A stretch of DNA of 64,000 nt from an uncultured delta proteobacterium (GTDB lineage Bacteria > Myxococcota_A > UBA9160 > UBA4427): positions 192,001 to 256,000 of the forward strand of contig CAWGJT010000012.1 of the NCBI GenBank assembly GCA_963822965.1. Direction: 5' to 3'. Below, in pieces: positions 10,721 to 21,809 of the stretch; position 1 is the stretch's first letter, and each line of letters begins with the position of its first letter. The notes beneath the pieces were generated by a model. That model was given only the letters and a program-made list of their open reading frames with translations, had not been told where the DNA came from and did no database searches. A program made the position numbers and the translations under genes.

Positions 10721-11551
10721 ATGGCCGGGCCCGCGATCGAGAACCCCGTCACACCCTCCCCGAAGCTCCTGGAGCTTCCGCGCCGGGAGATCCTCGGGGT
10801 CCCCGTGCATGCCGTTCGAGCCCGAGAGGCCCTCGAGCTCTGCCGCCAGGCGGCGTCCGAGCGTTCGAGACTCCAGATCGGCGTCGTCAATGCGGCCAAG
10901 ATCGTCCACATGCGATCGGATCCGCTGCTGCGGGATTCGGTCCTGAGCTCCGACCTGATCCTGGCCGACGGAATGTCGGTGGTGACGGCCGGACGGATCC
11001 TGGGCCAGAAACTGCCCGAGCGGGTGACGGGGATCGACCTGTTCGAGAGCCTCCTCGGCGTCGCTGAGGAAGAGGGATTCTCCGTCTACTTCCTGGGCGC
11101 CTCGCGGACCGTGCTCGACGCCGTGCTCGAGCGGGCCCGCCGCAGTCATCCCCGGCTTCGCGTCGCAGGGCACCACGACGGCTATTTCGGCCCGGACGAA
11201 GAGCCCGCAATCGCAGCGGAGATCGCGAAGTCGGCCCCTCACTTCCTCTTCGTGGGCATCACGAGCCCGAAGAAGGAGATCTTCATGAAGCGCTGGGGGC
11301 CCACGCTCGACGTGCCGGTCTGCCACGGGGTCGGCGGCTCCTTCGACGTCTACTCCGGAAAGACCCCGCGTGCGCCCCTCGCGTGGCAACGCGCGGGCCT
11401 GGAGTGGCTGTATCGCGTGATCCAGGAGCCGGCACGGATGTGGCGGCGCTACCTCGTCACGAACACGCAGTTCGTCGGCATGGTGCTGGCCAGGCTGCTG
11501 CGCCTCGACGGGAGGAGTCGTCTCCGCGGGGGAGCCGGACAGGACCCTTGA
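10721..11551 (+). CDS. WecB/TagA/CpsF-family glycosyltransferase
   Basis: VNAAKIV, LADGMSVV, ERVTGIDL, HHDGYF, SPKKE, GVGGSFD, GLEWLYR..QEP.R. Confidence 0.92.
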   Translation: MAGPAIENPVTPSPKLLELPRREILGVPVHAVRAREALELCRQAASERSRLQIGVVNAAKIVHMRSDPLLRDSVLSSDLILADGMSVVTAGRILGQKLPERVTGIDLFESLLGVAEEEGFSVYFLGASRTVLDAVLERARRSHPRLRVAGHHDGYFGPDEEPAIAAEIAKSAPHFLFVGITSPKKEIFMKRWGPTLDVPVCHGVGGSFDVYSGKTPRAPLAWQRAGLEWLYRVIQEPARMWRRYLVTNTQFVGMVLARLLRLDGRSRLRGGAGQDP

Positions 11552-11768
11552 GGCCACGCGAAGGCACTCATGCGCGTGGAATGCGACCCCTGCCGCCTAG
11601 CGTCGCTCGCGAGACGGGCTCGAGAGCCAGCGCCCGGTCCGCAACAAAGTGCCGGGATCGGTGTTACATTCCGATTGCACGGAACCACATACTCTCGATG
11701 AAGCCCGAATTCGCGCCGCCCTTGCTCTGTCCTGCGCCGTCTATCCCCCCTATCCCCCCATCCCCCCT

Positions 11769-14700
11769 ATGACCCTCGCCTCCACATCGAATCTCCCCCT
11801 GAGGGGAGACCGTCTTCGGCGCGGGCGGAACCCTCGCCCCGGTCGGCTCCAGCGGCCTCGTTCGGGTCGGTTCCAGGGGCGAAGAATCCCGAGCCTCGCT
11901 CTCCTGCTCGGGCTTGCCGCGGTCTCCGTCATGTTCCTCGCTGCCGGGACGGCCGCGGCGGGCGGGTTCGTCTCCGACGACTTCAGCGCTCCGGCGCTGG
12001 CGAGCCAGTGGAGCTTCGTCGACCCCGTCGGCGACTCGTCCTTCGCCCTGACGGGCAGCGGCACCGAGGACGCCCGGCTCGAGATCCACGTCCCGGCCGG
12101 TGTCGAGCACGACCCGTGGATCAACAACACGTCGGCCCGGGTCATGCAGCCCGTCGACGACATCGACTTCCAGATCGAGGTCAAGCTCGAGTCCGCCGTC
12201 ACCCAGAAGTTCCAGACCCAGGGGATCCTGGTCCAGGCCTCGCCGACCCAGTACCTCCGCTTCGACGTCCACTCCAAGGGCGGATCCGCCATCCGCACCT
12301 TCGCCGCCTTCATCGACGGCAGCAACGCCACCACCCTGGCCCTGAACGACAACGTCCCCGCCGGCCTGCCCCTCTACCTCCGGGTCACCCGACAGGGCGA
12401 CCAGTGGACCTACGAGCTCTCCTACGACGACGTCAGCTGGAGCCCGGTCGTCTCCTTCTCCCAGCCCCTGGCCGTCTCCGAGATCGGCCTGTTCGGGGGC
12501 AACGCCGGCGGGTCGCCCCCGGCCCACACGGCGATCTTCGACTACGCGTTCGAGACCGCCTCGCCCATCGTTCCCGAGGACGGCCCCGCCTGCACCGGCA
12601 CCGAGCCCTACGCGCTCGCCGTGGGCTTCCTCGGCACCGGCACCGGCGGCGTCCAGGTCTCGCCCGACCTTGCGGGCTACAGCTGCGGCGACGTCGTCAC
12701 CCTCACCGCCCTGCCCGATCCCGGATCCGTCTTCACCGCATGGAGCGGCGATCTCACCGGCAGCGACAGTCCCGCGGTCGTGACCCTCAACGCCGACACC
12801 ACCGTCGACGCCACCTTCGACCTCGACCTCACGCCGCCGGTCCTCTCCAACGTCCAGATCGTCCCCGGCACCGACGGGGCCACCCTCTCCTGGACCACCG
12901 ACGAGCCCGCCACCAGCCGCGTCGACTACGGCACCACCTCGGCCTACGAGCTGGGCTTCCAGGACGATCCCACCCTCGCCACCAGCCACAGCGTCGTCCT
13001 CTCCGGCCTCGCCGAGAGCACCGACTACCACGTCCTCCTCTCCTCCGACGACGGCTTCGGCAACGTCGCCGACAGCGGCGACCTCGTCTTCACGACCCAG
13101 TCCACGGGTGGCGACGTGACGCCGCCGGTCGTCTCCAACATCCAGGTCGTGCCCGCCGTGGACGGAGCCACCGTCTCCTGGACCACCGACGAGCCCGCCA
13201 CCAGCCGCGTCGACTACGGCACCACGTCTGCGTACGAGCTCGGGTTCCAGGAGGATCCCACCCTCGCCACCGCCCACAGCCTCGCCCTCACCGGACTGGC
13301 GCCCGCCACCCTCCATCACTTCCAGATCACCTCGGTCGACGCTCGCCGGCAACCCCGCCGTCACGGCCGACCAGACCTTCACCACCCTGAGCGGCGGCGG
13401 TGCCGCGGGCGGGTTCGTCTCCGACGACTTCAGCGCTCCGGCGCTGGGGAGCCAGTGGAGCTTCGTCGACCCCGTCGGCGACTCGTCCTTCGCCCTGACG
13501 GGCAGCGGCACCGAGGACGCCCGGCTCGAGATCAGCGTCCCCGCCGGTGTCGAGCACGACCCCTGGATCAACAACACGTCGGCCCGGGTCATGCAGCCCG
13601 TCGACGACATCGACTTCCAGATCGAGGTCAAGCTCGAGTCCGCCGTCACCCGGAAGTTCCAGACCCAGGGGATCCTGGTCCAGGCCTCGCCGACCCAGTA
13701 CCTCCGCTTCGACGTCCACTCCAAGGGCGGAAACCCGTCGACCCTGCGCACGTTCGCCGCCTTCATCGACGGCAGCAGCGCCACCACCCTGGCCCTGAAC
13801 GACAACGTCCCGGCCGGCCTGCCCCTCTACCTCCGGGTCACCCGGCAGGGCGACCAGTGGACCTACGAGCTCTCCTACGACGACGTCAGCTGGAGCCCGG
13901 TCGTCTCCTTCTCCCAGCCCCTCGCCGTCACCGAGATCGGCCTGTTCGGGGGCAACGCCGGCGGAGCGTCGCCGGCCCACACGGCGATCTTCGACTACGC
14001 GTTCGAGACCGCCTCGCCCATCGTCCCCGAGGATGGGCCCGCCTGCACCGGCACCGAGCCCTACGCGCTCGCCGTGGGCTTCCTCGGCACCGGCACCGGC
14101 GGCGTCCAGGTCTCGCCCGATCTTGCGGGCTACAGCTGCGGCGACGTCGTCACCCTCACCGCCCTGCCCGATCCCGGATCCGTCTTCACCGCATGGAGCG
14201 GCGATCTCACCGGCAGCGACAGTCCCGCGGTCCTGACCCTCAACGCCGACACCACCGTCGACGCCACCTTCGACCTCGACCTCACGCCGCCGGTCCTCTC
14301 CAACGTCCAGATCGTCCCCGGCACCGACGGGGCCACCCTCTCCTGGACCACCGACGAGCCCGCCACCAGCCGCGTCGACTACGGCACCACCTCGGCCTAC
14401 GAGCTGGGCTTCCAGGACGATCCCACCCTCGCCACCAGCCACAGCGTCGTCCTCTCCGGCCTCGCCGAGAGCACCGACTACCACGTCCTCCTCTCCTCCG
14501 ACGACGGCTTCGGCAACGTCGCCGACAGCGGCGACCTCGTCTTCACGACCCAGTCCACGGGCGGCGACGTGACGCCGCCGGTCGTCTCCAACATCCAGGT
14601 CGTGCCGGCCGCGGACGGAGCCACCGTCTCCTGGACCACCGACGAGCCCGCCACCAGCCGCGTCGACTACGGCACCACGTCTGCGTACGAGCTCGGGTTC

Positions 14701-17700
14701 CAGGAGGATCCCACCCTCGCCACCGCCCACAGCCTCGCCCTCACCGGTCTGGCGCCCGCCACCCTCCATCACTTCCAGATCACCTCGGTGGACGCAGCCG
14801 GCAACCCCGCCTTCACGGCCGACCAGACCTTCACCACCCTGAGCGGCGGCGGCGGCGCGACCGGGTTCGTCTCCGACGACTTCAGCGCTCCGGCGCTGGG
14901 GAGCCAGTGGAGCTTCGTCGACCCTGTCGGCGACTCGTCCTTCGCCCTGACGGGCAGCGGCACCGAGGACGCCCGGCTCGAGATCAGCGTCCCCGCCGGT
15001 GTCGAGCACGACCCCTGGATCAACAACACGTCCGCCCGGGTCATGCAGCCCGTCGACGACGTCGACTTCCAGATCGAGGTCAAGCTCGAGTCCGCCGTCA
15101 CCCAGAAGTTCCAGACCCAGGGGATCCTGGTCCAGGCCTCGCCGACCCAGTACCTGCGCTTCGACGTCCACTCCAAGGGCGGAGACCCGTCGACCCTGCG
15201 CACGTTCGCCGCCTTCATCGACGGCAGCAGCGCCACCACCCTGGCCCTGAACGACAACGTCCCCGCCGGCCTGCCCCTCTACCTCCGGGTCACCCGACAG
15301 GGCGACCAGTGGACCTACGAGCTCTCCTACGACGACGTCAGCTGGAGCCCCGTCGTCTCCTTCTCCCAGCCCCTGGCCGTCTCCGCCATCGGCCTGTTCG
15401 GGGGCAACGCCGGCGGGTCGCCCCCGGCCCACACGGCGATCTTCGACTACGCGTTCGAGACCGCCTCACCCATCGTCCCCGAGGATGGGCCCGCCTGCAC
15501 CGGCACCGAGCCCTACGCGCTCGCCGTGGGCTTCCTCGGCACCGGCACCGGCGGCGTCCAGGTCTCGCCCGATCTGCCCGGCTACAGCTGTGGCGACGTC
15601 GTCACCCTCACCGCCCTGCCCGATCCCGGATCCGTCTTCACCGCATGGAGCGGCGATCTCACCGGCAGCGACAGTCCCGCGGTCCTGACCCTCAACGCCG
15701 ACACCACCGTCGACGCCACCTTCGACCTCGACCTCACGCCGCCGGTCCTCTCCAACGTCCAGATCGTCCCCGGCACCGACGGGGCCACCCTCTCCTGGAC
15801 CACCGACGAGCCCGCCACCAGCCGCGTCGACTACGGCACCACCTCGGCCTACGAGCTGGGCTTCCAGGACGATCCCACCCTCGTCACCAGCCACAGCGTC
15901 GTCCTCACCGGCCTCGTCGAGAGCACCGACTACCACGTCCTCCTCTCCTCCGACGACGGCTTCGGCAACGTCGCCGACAGCGGCGACCTCGTCTTCACGA
16001 CGGGCGGGGTGCTCGGCAGACGCCCCCCTCGCCTCGGACGACTTCAACGCATTCAACCTGGACCTGTCCCGATGGGCCTTCGTCGACCCGGTCGGCGGCG
16101 CCCGGGTGGAGCTCACGGGCGCGGGCACGGCCGACGCCCACGTGCACCTCGTGGCGCCCGGCGGCAGCTCGCGTCAGGCGACGACCTCCACCAACCGCTC
16201 CGTCCGGATCGTTCAGAGCTCGACCGACGGCAACCTCGACGCGACGGTGACCTTCGTCGGCGAGCCGGCCTTCGACGGGCAGAGCCAGGGACTGGTCTTC
16301 GAAGCGCCGGGCGGCGATCCGCGCCTCGTCTTCGAGATCGTCCGCGAGGCCGGAGCACTGCTCGCGCGTGCCACGCGGGTGGACGGCGGAACCCCCACGA
16401 CGATCCTCGAGCAGCCCGTCGCCAGCGCTCCGCGCCACGAGCTCCACGTCCTGCGCGCGGACTCGAGCTGGACGTTCGAGCACTCGGAGGACGGCGTCGT
16501 CTGGGATCCGATCGGGAGCCTCGGATCCGTGCTCGACCTCGCGGGGGTCGCGGTCTTCCTCGGAGACGACGGCAGCTCCTCGCAGCCCGCCAGCGTGGAG
16601 GTCGATTCGATCTCGTTCGCGATCGACCCGATCGGAAGCGAGGACGGCACCACGCCCGGACCGGACGTGACCGCCCCCTTCCTCCACGACGTTCAGGCCA
16701 ACTCGACCTCGTCGACGATCCAGGTCTCCTGGGCGACCGACGAGAACGCCACGGGGCTCCTCGAGTACGGCCTGACGACGGCCGTCGCCGACGGCTCGGT
16801 GCCGGCCGGAACCGCCCAGACCAGCCAGTCGGAGATCGTGAGCTCCCTCCTGCCGTCGACCCCCTACTTCTATCGAATCACGGTGGAGGACGCGGACGGG
16901 AACATCACCACCGGTCCGATCCAGTCGATCAATACGGCCACCGTCTCGACCGGCGGGCCGAACATCGACGTGTGGTACGGCAGCTTCCAGACGTTCGGCC
17001 AGAACGGCATTCCGCAGACGGCGATCAACATCCTCGGCAACGCCCAGGACCCGAACGGGCTCGCCACGGCGAGCTTCACCTTGAACGGCGGTCCCTCCCG
17101 GGTGCTGCAGCTCGGGCAGACGAACCCGCGGCTGGCCCAGTACGGCGACTTCAACGTGGAGATCCAGTACGCGGAGCTGACGCCGGGCCTGAACCAGATC
17201 GCCATCACGGTCTGGGATGGAGACGGGAATGCGTCCACGGAGCCGGTGGTGGTGGACTACGTCGACGGGCAGGTCTGGCCGACGACCGTGTCGACGAGCT
17301 GGGACGCGGATGCGGCCATCGCAGACGAGGCCCAGGTGGTGGACGGCAAGTGGGAGCTCGTCCCCGGCGGCGTGCATACGGTCGAGACGGGCTACGACCG
17401 GCTGATCGCCATCGGCGACGTCACGTGGACCGACTACGAAGCCGTCGTCCCGGTCACGGTGCACGGCATCGGCGAGAGCTTCCTCGCACCCATCGTCGGT
17501 CTGGCCGTGCGCTGGCCCGGCCACATCGACTGGGACGGCTCCCAGCCGAACATCGGCTGGTATCCGCTGGGCGGGATCTTCTCCTATACCTGGCGGCCGA
17601 CCTTCGAGGGCGTCGAGCTGTGGGCGCCGGACGGCACCCGCCCGGTCCGCATCCAGACCACGAACCCGTTGGTCCTGGGGCAGCAGTATCTCTTCAAGTT

Positions 17701-17893
17701 CCGGGCCGTCTCGGCGGGCGGAGGCCTCCTCCACTACCAGGCCCGCTACTGGCTCGCGTCCGACCCGGAGCCCACGACCTGGGACGTCGACTACACCGGC
17801 ACGATCCCCGCGCCGAGCGGCGGGTCGCTCCTGCTGATCGCGCATCACGCGGACGTGACGTTCGGAGACGTCCAGGTGAGCCCGCTCCCGTAG
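11769..17893 (+). CDS. Giant secreted modular protein (~2,040 aa): repeats of ConA-like/DUF1349-type lectin + InlB-B-repeat-like + Fn3-like modules; +1 frameshifts near 13343 and 16010
   Basis: Signal peptide ending AAGTAAA; three near-identical modules then divergent lectin/Fn3 domains; ORFs 11649.., 13591.. and 16106..17893 join in frame after removing two single bases. Confidence 0.75.
11964..16002 (+). repeat. Intragenic tandem repeat, ~1,450-bp unit, about 2.8 copies (11964-13410, 13411-14862, 14863-16002)
   Basis: GGGTTCGTCTCCGACGACTTCAGCGCTCCGGCGCTG begins at 11964, 13411 and 14863; units almost identical; each full unit holds two related ~288-bp Fn3-like sub-repeats. Confidence 0.97.
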
Positions 17894-17948
17894 GAGGTCG
17901 GTCCGAGACGGGTCGATCCAGCGTGGGGCGGGAGGTCCCGGACGGCCT

Positions 17949-19028
17949 CTATCTCGGTGCGGCGACCGGCGGCCTCGGCGCGGCGACCGGCGCCCCGAGG
18001 ATCGGCGACCAGAAGGCGAGCACCTCCTCGACCTCGCGCTGCGGGTCGTAGTGCTCGAGCACGAATCGCCGTCCGCCCCGGCGCTCTGCGTCGTAGGCGG
18101 ACGGATCGTCGCGCAGCCGCCCGAGGACCTCCTCCAGAGCGCGAGCCACACCGACCACGTCGCCCTCTTCGAAGCCGAAGGCGTGAGGCGGGCAGATGTA
18201 CTCCCGTCCGCCGCGGCCGTGGTAGCCCACCACGAGGCATTCGCTGAGCATCGCCTCCATCGGCGGCCGCGGAAGCCCTTCCGCGTGGCTCAGGCTCAGG
18301 AAGACCAGCGACTCCCGCATGATCTCGGCCACCCGGGTCTCCGGCAGCCCGTCGATGGGCAGGGTCTCGAAGCCGTCGAGCGCGCCCCGCGCCCGGAGCA
18401 GGCTCAGGATCTGGATCGCGTCCTTCTGGTTCTTGCGCGGCATGAAGCAGATCTGCTTGCGCTTCGCGTTCCCTTCCGAGAAGACGGCCGGATCGACCGC
18501 CTTCGTGAACCGCACGACGCGCACGCCCGGGAACGCGTAGGTGAGATAGGCCTCGGCGTCGCGGGAAATCGTCAGGACGGCGAGCAGTCGCGGGTCCGCA
18601 TAGGGATTCGGCGCGTAGAGCGCCGCCAGGCTCGAGCCACGGAAGGTTCCATAGGGGTTCAGGCTCAGCACGACGAGCCGGGCGCTGCGAGCGATCAGGT
18701 CGTGGGTCGGCTGCCAGGCCATCTCCGGGGGGGTGCGCCAGGCGCGAAATCGGCTCCGCCAGGCGCGTGCGGGCGGCGCCTCGCAGAAGGCCTCCGAGAA
18801 GACCTCCGGCACCACGAGGACGTCGCGATCGGTCGGCTCGACCTCCTCGGCCGCGACGACCGGAGAGCGATTCCCGAACCAGCTCGCGCGAAATCCGCGA
18901 CGGCCGTGGACGACGAAGGCCTCGTGCCCTGCCCCGCGAAGGATCTCCACGTGCCGATAGATGGTCTTCATTCCGCCCGTCGGGACCGGACGATCCGGGC
19001 AGAGCACGAAGACGCGGGGGTTGCTCAC
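17949..19028 (-). CDS. GT-B (family 4-like) glycosyltransferase
   Basis: PTGGMKTIYRHV, FMPRKN, EGLPRPPMEAM (EX7E). Confidence 0.85.
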   Translation of the reverse strand: MSNPRVFVLCPDRPVPTGGMKTIYRHVEILRGAGHEAFVVHGRRGFRASWFGNRSPVVAAEEVEPTDRDVLVVPEVFSEAFCEAPPARAWRSRFRAWRTPPEMAWQPTHDLIARSARLVVLSLNPYGTFRGSSLAALYAPNPYADPRLLAVLTISRDAEAYLTYAFPGVRVVRFTKAVDPAVFSEGNAKRKQICFMPRKNQKDAIQILSLLRARGALDGFETLPIDGLPETRVAEIMRESLVFLSLSHAEGLPRPPMEAMLSECLVVGYHGRGGREYICPPHAFGFEEGDVVGVARALEEVLGRLRDDPSAYDAERRGGRRFVLEHYDPQREVEEVLAFWSPILGAPVAAPRPPVAAPR

Positions 19029-19074
19029 GGGTTCGTTCTTCCTCTGATGGACGCCCGACGGGAGACGGACCCGA

Positions 19075-20400
19075 TCAGCCGAGCATCCGATAGGCCTTGA
19101 GGGCGAAGACGGCGGCCGTCATCACGAGACCGATGGCATCGTACATCGGAAACCAGACCTCGTAGCGGCGCGAGATCCAGACCTGCAGCGGGTAATAGGC
19201 GAAATACGAGGCTCCGATGCCCATGATGAGCCCCGTGGAGCCTCCGAGGTAGCCGCCGATCGCCATCAGGCTCAGGAGGACCACGCCGCGGATCGAGGTC
19301 GCGATCATGCCCACCCAGGACTCTCCCCGCGCGAGATGGATCGGACCGATGGCGCCGACCACCAGGAAGATTCCTCCGGCGCAGAGCGCCTCCAGCATCC
19401 AGCCCGCATCCACGTAGCGATCGTCGTAGAGCAGTCGGATGATGGGGTCTCCGAAGAGCACCAGCACCCAGAACGGCGGCAGCAGGGCGGCCATCGTCGC
19501 GAGGCGCACCTTGGCGACCCGTCTGCGCAGCTCGGGGGTCGTCCGCCCCTTCGCGATCTTCGAGTAGAGGGGAAAGAGCACGCGGTTCGCGACGATCGCG
19601 TTGGCCTGGGTGAGCGACCGGAACATCAGGGCGGCGATCGAGTACTGACCGAGCTCCGCCATGGAGAGGAAGTTCGCCAGGATGAGCCGGTCGCCCTGGG
19701 TCGTCAGGTAGGTGACGGCGGTGCTCACGAAGATCCATCGCCCAAATCGATAGATCGAGTGCGCGATCTCGCGATCCCAGCGCAACTTCGGACGCGGATC
19801 CGTCGAAGCGGCGTGGCTGATGATCAGTGTCACGAGGGCGGAGACGAGGCTTCCGACTACGAGCGACCAGACGGTCTGCCAGATCCATGCGACCACGATC
19901 GTCGCGAGCACGGCGATCCCGCTGCTCACGAACTCGGTGGCAGCCAGCCGGCCCATCTGCAGCTCCCGGGTCCAGCTGAAGATCGTCGTGGAGTACATCC
20001 CCGTCATGACCACCGAGAAGGCCGCCACGGGGATCAGGGCCGTCAACGTGGGCTCCCCGTAGAGGAGCGCCAACGGCCACGAGAGGATGGACGCGCAGAC
20101 CCAGAGCACCACACCGCGCGTCGCCTGGATGGTCCATGCCGTCTGGAGGAAGCGCGGATCGCGTCCGCGGTCGTCGCGGATGATGCTGGGCCCCACGCCC
20201 ACGTCGGAGAGCAGGCCGAGACCGAGGATCACCGAGTTGACGATCGCCATCACGCCGAAGGCCTCGGGGAAGAGCAGGCGCGTCGTGATCAGGTTCGAGC
20301 CGAAGTGCAGCAAGCGATTGCACGCGTACGCGCCGATGGTCCACGTGGACGCGGAGAAGAGGCGCCGGCGGAGGGGATGCGCTTCGACCGTGGCGGTCAA
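19075..20400 (-). CDS. wzx: Wzx-type oligosaccharide flippase
   Basis: TRLLFPEAFGVMA, LSDVGVGPSII, TAWTIQ.RG, QGDRLIL, LGQYSIA; many TM segments; TTG start overlaps upstream stop. Confidence 0.85.
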   Translation of the reverse strand: MTATVEAHPLRRRLFSASTWTIGAYACNRLLHFGSNLITTRLLFPEAFGVMAIVNSVILGLGLLSDVGVGPSIIRDDRGRDPRFLQTAWTIQATRGVVLWVCASILSWPLALLYGEPTLTALIPVAAFSVVMTGMYSTTIFSWTRELQMGRLAATEFVSSGIAVLATIVVAWIWQTVWSLVVGSLVSALVTLIISHAASTDPRPKLRWDREIAHSIYRFGRWIFVSTAVTYLTTQGDRLILANFLSMAELGQYSIAALMFRSLTQANAIVANRVLFPLYSKIAKGRTTPELRRRVAKVRLATMAALLPPFWVLVLFGDPIIRLLYDDRYVDAGWMLEALCAGGIFLVVGAIGPIHLARGESWVGMIATSIRGVVLLSLMAIGGYLGGSTGLIMGIGASYFAYYPLQVWISRRYEVWFPMYDAIGLVMTAAVFALKAYRMLG

Positions 20401-21620
20401 GGATGGGCTCCCACCGGTGCCGCGTCTTCCACGTCCGTCTCCCGGACGATGATCTCCGCCGCGCGCACCTGGTCCGGGGTGCACGCCTCGGCGGAGCGCC
20501 ACTCCTCGAGCAACGCGAGGGCCTCCGGCCGGCGGGCGACGACCAGGGGCGCCAGGACCTCCGCGAGGACGTGCGGCGTCGGAACCGACCAGGGACGCGA
20601 GAGGGTCTCGGGGCTCCGGTTCCGCGGGATTCGGGCCAGCGCGCGAAGGAAGAGCCAGCCTCGCGCCGCGAGCGCCCGCGCCCCCGACCGCCGGAGCAGG
20701 GCCAGTCGCAGCCCACGGAGGCCCGAGAAGACCCCGGCCAGGAGGGTGCGGCGCGTGCGGACCTCGACGAAGCCGAGCAGGTCGAAGAGCCTCGCCGCGC
20801 GGACGTCCCACTCCGGAACGAGGTTCCACACCGAGCGGACGTACTCGATCAGCAGGCGCACCTGGGGGAAGTGGGTCCCCCCCGCGGCGTGGGGCGCATA
20901 CCAGCGGGCCTGCTCCTTCTTGGTCAGGCGCACGCGCCAGGAGTCGCTGGCGTGACGACGCGTCGACCAGAGGAGCTCGGGAATCTGCCACTGCTCGCCC
21001 AGGAGGCAGAGCTCGGCGTTCAACACCAGGTCGGCGGCGCGGTGAGCGCCGATCAGACGCGTCCTCCGAAGCGCGCTCCTGCGCATCAGACCGAAAACGA
21101 TCGCCGGGGCCGCCTGGTTCGGCAGCCGCACCTGCTCGCGATAGTCGAGCACGCGAATCTCACGCTCCCCCAGCATGCGCCGGCGTTCCGGCCGGAAGGT
21201 GCAGTCGCGAAGCCACGCGCCCGTCGGGTCGATGAAGCGTCGTCGGGGAAAGACGTTCACCACCTCTTCGGGCGCCTGGTCGTAGCTCGAGACGCAGAGC
21301 TCCAGAAAGCGGGGATCGATGAGGTCGTCCGCGGCGATCCACTTGAAGAGCTCGCCGCTCGTCCGGCGGAAGGCCTGGTTGAAGTTCTCGGAGGCACCGA
21401 GATTCCGGTCGTGCCTCTCGTATCGCGCGAAGGCATGTCCGGCCACGAAGCCCCGAGCGATCTCCTCGGTCCGATCCGTCGACGCGTTGTCGAGGATCAG
21501 GAGCTCGAAGTCGCGGTAGGTCTGGCGCGCGATGCTGTCGAGGGCGCTGGTCAGGAAGGCTTCGCCATTGAAGACGGGGAGGCCCAGGCTGACACGAGGA
21601 TCGGACCCATTCGGTCGCAC
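20397..21620 (-). CDS. Glycosyltransferase family 2
   Basis: VSLGLPVFNGE, LILDNASTDRT, NLGASENFN, FKWIAADD; start position approximate. Confidence 0.88.
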   Translation of the reverse strand: MRPNGSDPRVSLGLPVFNGEAFLTSALDSIARQTYRDFELLILDNASTDRTEEIARGFVAGHAFARYERHDRNLGASENFNQAFRRTSGELFKWIAADDLIDPRFLELCVSSYDQAPEEVVNVFPRRRFIDPTGAWLRDCTFRPERRRMLGEREIRVLDYREQVRLPNQAAPAIVFGLMRRSALRRTRLIGAHRAADLVLNAELCLLGEQWQIPELLWSTRRHASDSWRVRLTKKEQARWYAPHAAGGTHFPQVRLLIEYVRSVWNLVPEWDVRAARLFDLLGFVEVRTRRTLLAGVFSGLRGLRLALLRRSGARALAARGWLFLRALARIPRNRSPETLSRPWSVPTPHVLAEVLAPLVVARRPEALALLEEWRSAEACTPDQVRAAEIIVRETDVEDAAPVGAHP

Positions 21621-21809
21621 GACGAACGCTCTCCCTGGCGCGCGGGCCAGCTTAGAGAATCCGGCCACCGCTTCAATGGCGACGGACTGCCTCGGCTCCC
21701 CTACCCACGCGCTCCGAGGCACACGAGGGCTGCATGGGCACTCTTCGGTGCGAACCGGGTCCGACTTGTGTTCCAACGGGAGCGGAGGAGATGCACCCGG
21801 AAGCGATCG

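Noticed and set aside
11964..16002. Insertion-sequence copies or diversity-generating-retroelement TR/VR repeats
   Set aside because: The repeats are in-frame protein modules; there is no transposase, terminal inverted repeat or reverse transcriptase, and differences are not evidently adenine-specific.
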